A stretch of 63,989 nt of DNA, counting the filler, from Porpidia crustulata (lineage: Eukaryota): assembly GCA_964255105.1 (NCBI GenBank). It is 5 parts of 5 records of this genome, joined end to end, with 100 filler letters (N's around TTAATTAATTAA, not from the genome) between each part and the next. Parts side by side here need not be neighbours in the genome. Positions count along the whole stretch, not along the records: positions 51,493 to 63,989 come from CAXUWE010000528.1; 4 more parts are not named here. One strand, 5' to 3'. The notes beneath the pieces were generated by a model. That model worked only from the letters and a program-made list of their open reading frames with translations, made no database searches and was not told the DNA's origin. The position numbers and the translations under genes are program-made. Shown here one piece after another: positions 61,105 to 63,989 of this stretch; the first letter of the stretch is position 1, and every line of letters starts with the position of its first letter.

Positions 61105-62227
61105 ATGTCTGCGGTGTACAGGTCGCCCTCCCGTGTCATCCTGAAAGCTGCCCTAACCAGATATGCCCTCTTCCGCCATGCATCCTCCGCAGTTGGGCGC
61201 TTTCGACCTATTTTGGGTCGACGTGCGGAAACGTCCCCGGAGCCTCAATCCTCGACAAGTGTACCGAAAGCAGATAACTTGTCCATGGCTAATCTCTCAT
61301 ACCATTGGGATACCGCTAATCCAACAAAGAGTCAATTGACTCTTGCTGAAAAGTTCTTCCTTCGCTTCCCTCCTTCCCTTCTGTACTCTGCACAGAAATT
61401 CCGGACGGTGAACATGAGCGAGCAGCCAGAGGTGGCTTTCCTCGGCCGATCGAATGTTGGAAAGTCGAGTCTGCTGAATGCTTTGCTAGGGTCTAACATC
61501 TGCCACACAAGTAGCAAGCCTGGCAGGACAAGGACTATGAACTTCTTTGCCGTGGGCGGAGGAGATGGACCGGGGAAGCCAGGAAAACTAACAGTCTTGG
61601 ATATGCCTGGCTACGGGAAAGGAAGCCGGGAAGAATGGGGACCAGAGATCATGAAATATCTTACTGGCAGAAGACAGTAAATGTGCACGATGAGTGGCTG
61701 ATGGATGCGTGCTAATAGAGCATAGACTGAAGCGTGCATTCTTGCTTGTGGATGCTAAACACGGCTTTAAAAGGTCAGATGAGAATCTGCTTGCTCTACT
61801 TCGGGATAACGCAATATCCCACCAAATTATACTGTCTAAAATTGATCGCATACCCCTTCCTTGGCCACCCAGAAACAGTTCAACAGAGACTAAACGCCAA
61901 ACCAATTCTGACCAACTGCATCAAATCCTGGAAGAGATACGTGCAAAAGTTCAACCTGGGAATACCAACAGACCCGAAGCTCTAGGCGAAATAATTGGGT
62001 GCAGTGGTGAAAAGTCGATCAAACCAGGCGGACAGAAGCTTGGCATCAACAACGTTAGATGGGCAATACTCGAGGCAACTGGACTCTCCAAAAACGTCCG
62101 GAGGGTGTCGCCTTCAAAGGTCCTGGTTCAGCCTGCGGAACAAGACGAAGACGGTGTTGCTACGATCGATGACTGGGACGCCGCCCTTTCATCAGAGGAG
62201 CCTATACCCGCATTGCTCGCGCAGTGA
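61105..62227 (+). CDS. EngB/YihA (YsxC)-family GTPase, probably mitochondrial; one intron about 61677-61725
   Basis: PEVAFLGRSNVGKSSLLN (G1), PGRT (G2), DMPGYG (G3) and SKID (G4), with an Arg-rich presequence-like N-terminus. Confidence 0.92.
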
Positions 62228-62240
62228 ACATGGGATTGAT

Positions 62241-62984
62241 TCATGACACCTGCTTATCGATAAGGTACATTACTGGCGTTGATATAGAATTTCCGTCGAC
62301 TCTATCGTGGCTTTTCTGATCCATCGACTCGCATCTTCGATTCTTCTCTGCCCTTGTAGGTTCAATCATCATGGACTTGAGCTGTTTTACATAGCTCCTT
62401 CTTAGGTCTCCCTCGAAGTCGCCTTTGACGGTGACTTCTCTAAATCCGTTAAGCACCCCGAAGGAATCCACGAGATCATCCGGCCAAAATTTGTACTCCG
62501 TTCCGGTCCTGGGCAACGTGCTAAAATACCCAATCTCGAGCTCTTCCAGATGTGGCATGGCAGTCAGCTGTTCGGCCACTGAAGCAAGGGCCTTTCGAAA
62601 GTCTCCGTTTGTAAGACATGCAAGGGCTGGAAGGCCAGAGTCGAATTTCCCATCGAGTAAACCCCATCTGATTACATAGAAATCCAGCCTGCATTTCTTG
62701 AAGGAGGGTACTATTTCCGCTCTCTTGAGTTTCGCAGGTAAATTGCTCAAGGCATCGTAGCCATCGATCCGGAAAACCAAATCGGGGATTGCGAACATGA
62801 TCGACGAAGCCTCACGATTGACCTGCCGGTCTACGAGCGGCAGGTTTGAATTGAACCGATGGGATACGGGGAACTCAGAAGGTGTTGTGTGGTCGATGGC
62901 ATCTGCGTAGATATGATTGCGAAGTTCGCGTGGCAAGTCCTTGAAGCGAAAAACATTGCGGTTCCTGCGCAGTGGCCGCTTCAT
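62241..62984 (-). CDS. Fungal hypothetical protein with an F-box-like N-terminal motif
   Basis: 247-aa ORF with FRFKDLPRELRNHIY and LPLVDRQVNREA. Confidence 0.7.
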   Translation of the reverse strand: MKRPLRRNRNVFRFKDLPRELRNHIYADAIDHTTPSEFPVSHRFNSNLPLVDRQVNREASSIMFAIPDLVFRIDGYDALSNLPAKLKRAEIVPSFKKCRLDFYVIRWGLLDGKFDSGLPALACLTNGDFRKALASVAEQLTAMPHLEELEIGYFSTLPRTGTEYKFWPDDLVDSFGVLNGFREVTVKGDFEGDLRRSYVKQLKSMMIEPTRAEKNRRCESMDQKSHDRVDGNSISTPVMYLIDKQVS

Positions 62985-63989
62985 TGTCTTGCGGTATCAG
63001 CAATAACAAGATCTTAAAAAACATGGGCAGCACATGGATTTCCAAGACTATATATATGGCCGATGGTGCTGGCATGCTTTGCCTGACACGAGCAGCCAGC
63101 ATACACCGCAAGACCGCGTGCATTGTTTACGGTCACACAGATCCACAGCCGGCTCGACGCTTCCGTCGAACTATCTATCTTGCACACCGCTCAATATGAA
63201 AAGGAAGGAAAACGCACCTATCAGAGCTTTTAACGGTTCGGATGGAAGACTGGCGGTGGAAGGAAGGAGGCTGACTCGGATAATAGGTGTGCAGCTGACG
63301 TTAGCGCTTATTTCTCAAATTTCCAAATTCAACATCATCCGTGTTGGATCACAAGGCATCACCGACCATACGGGTGTGTTAAGTTGCGGTCAAACTTTGA
63401 ACGCGCATTCGCGAAATTTACATGTCGCAAATTAGGTTATCAATACTGAACCGTCCTGTTCCGATTTCCAAGAGCCGCATCCATTTCTTCCACTGACTTA
63501 TTTCAACATTCTCTTCATGTTCGAAAAATCCACCATACTCCTTCCCCCTCGCTCTCTCTACACTGACCTCTCCAACCGTCGGGATCCCTCCGTTGGGCCA
63601 TGTCGGTTGGGAAAAGCCACCGGTTGCTGCAGGTGGTGTAGGTCATGCTATTGTCAAATATCGGCTCACCCAACATGACTTTCGACAAACGGAGACAAAA
63701 CAAAATCTACACGATCTCTGGTCATGAAACCCTATCTTGTGTGATCCCTAGACTCGAGACGAGAGAGGGTGGTTTCGTCCGAGCCAAATCTTACGTCTTT
63801 CATCCGATATTCCTCCTTTCATTCGCTTTCCCGGAATTTTCCCTTCCCCTTCACCTCCTTTTCCTCCTCTGGTCCCTCCTCTTTCCCTCCATCCTCTCCA
63901 ACTTCCCCTCTCTACTTCCCTTCCTCCCCTGTTCCAACCTCAACCTTAACACTGGCATCCACACCTTCCCTCACCCCACCCTATCTTAC

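Noticed and set aside
63800..63989. Pyrimidine-rich tract at the window end
   Set aside because: Low-complexity promoter/5' UTR-type sequence with no definable repeat unit or gene in view.

Overview
Gene-dense, intron-containing DNA from a filamentous ascomycete (Pezizomycotina). The window is not one locus. It is five contigs of about 12.8 kb, in descending length order, joined by artificial 100-bp spacers (N44-TTAATTAATTAA-N44), so gene order across spacers is meaningless. About 25 protein genes are recognisable. Housekeeping genes include MET22, MRPL6, KAR5, IES4, NHP6, ATG11, FMC1, a RanBPM/Vid30-type gene, CENP-H-like, Rsm1-like, an F-box/TPR/LRR gene and an EngB GTPase. Others include a PDR ABC transporter, an MFS transporter, a GH18 chitinase, IDO, PAQR and a LaeA-like methyltransferase. 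Accessory genes include a frameshifted HET gene, a PD-(D/E)xK-like gene divergently paired with a kinase-like gene, and F-box-like orphans. The most striking unexplained signal is a dispersed family of about 95-105 bp intergenic hairpin elements on four of the five contigs. Their inverted arms differ between copies but stay self-complementary, while the loop keeps a telomeric AGGGTTAGGGTT motif. Related hairpin families cluster, nest and bracket an orphan gene.
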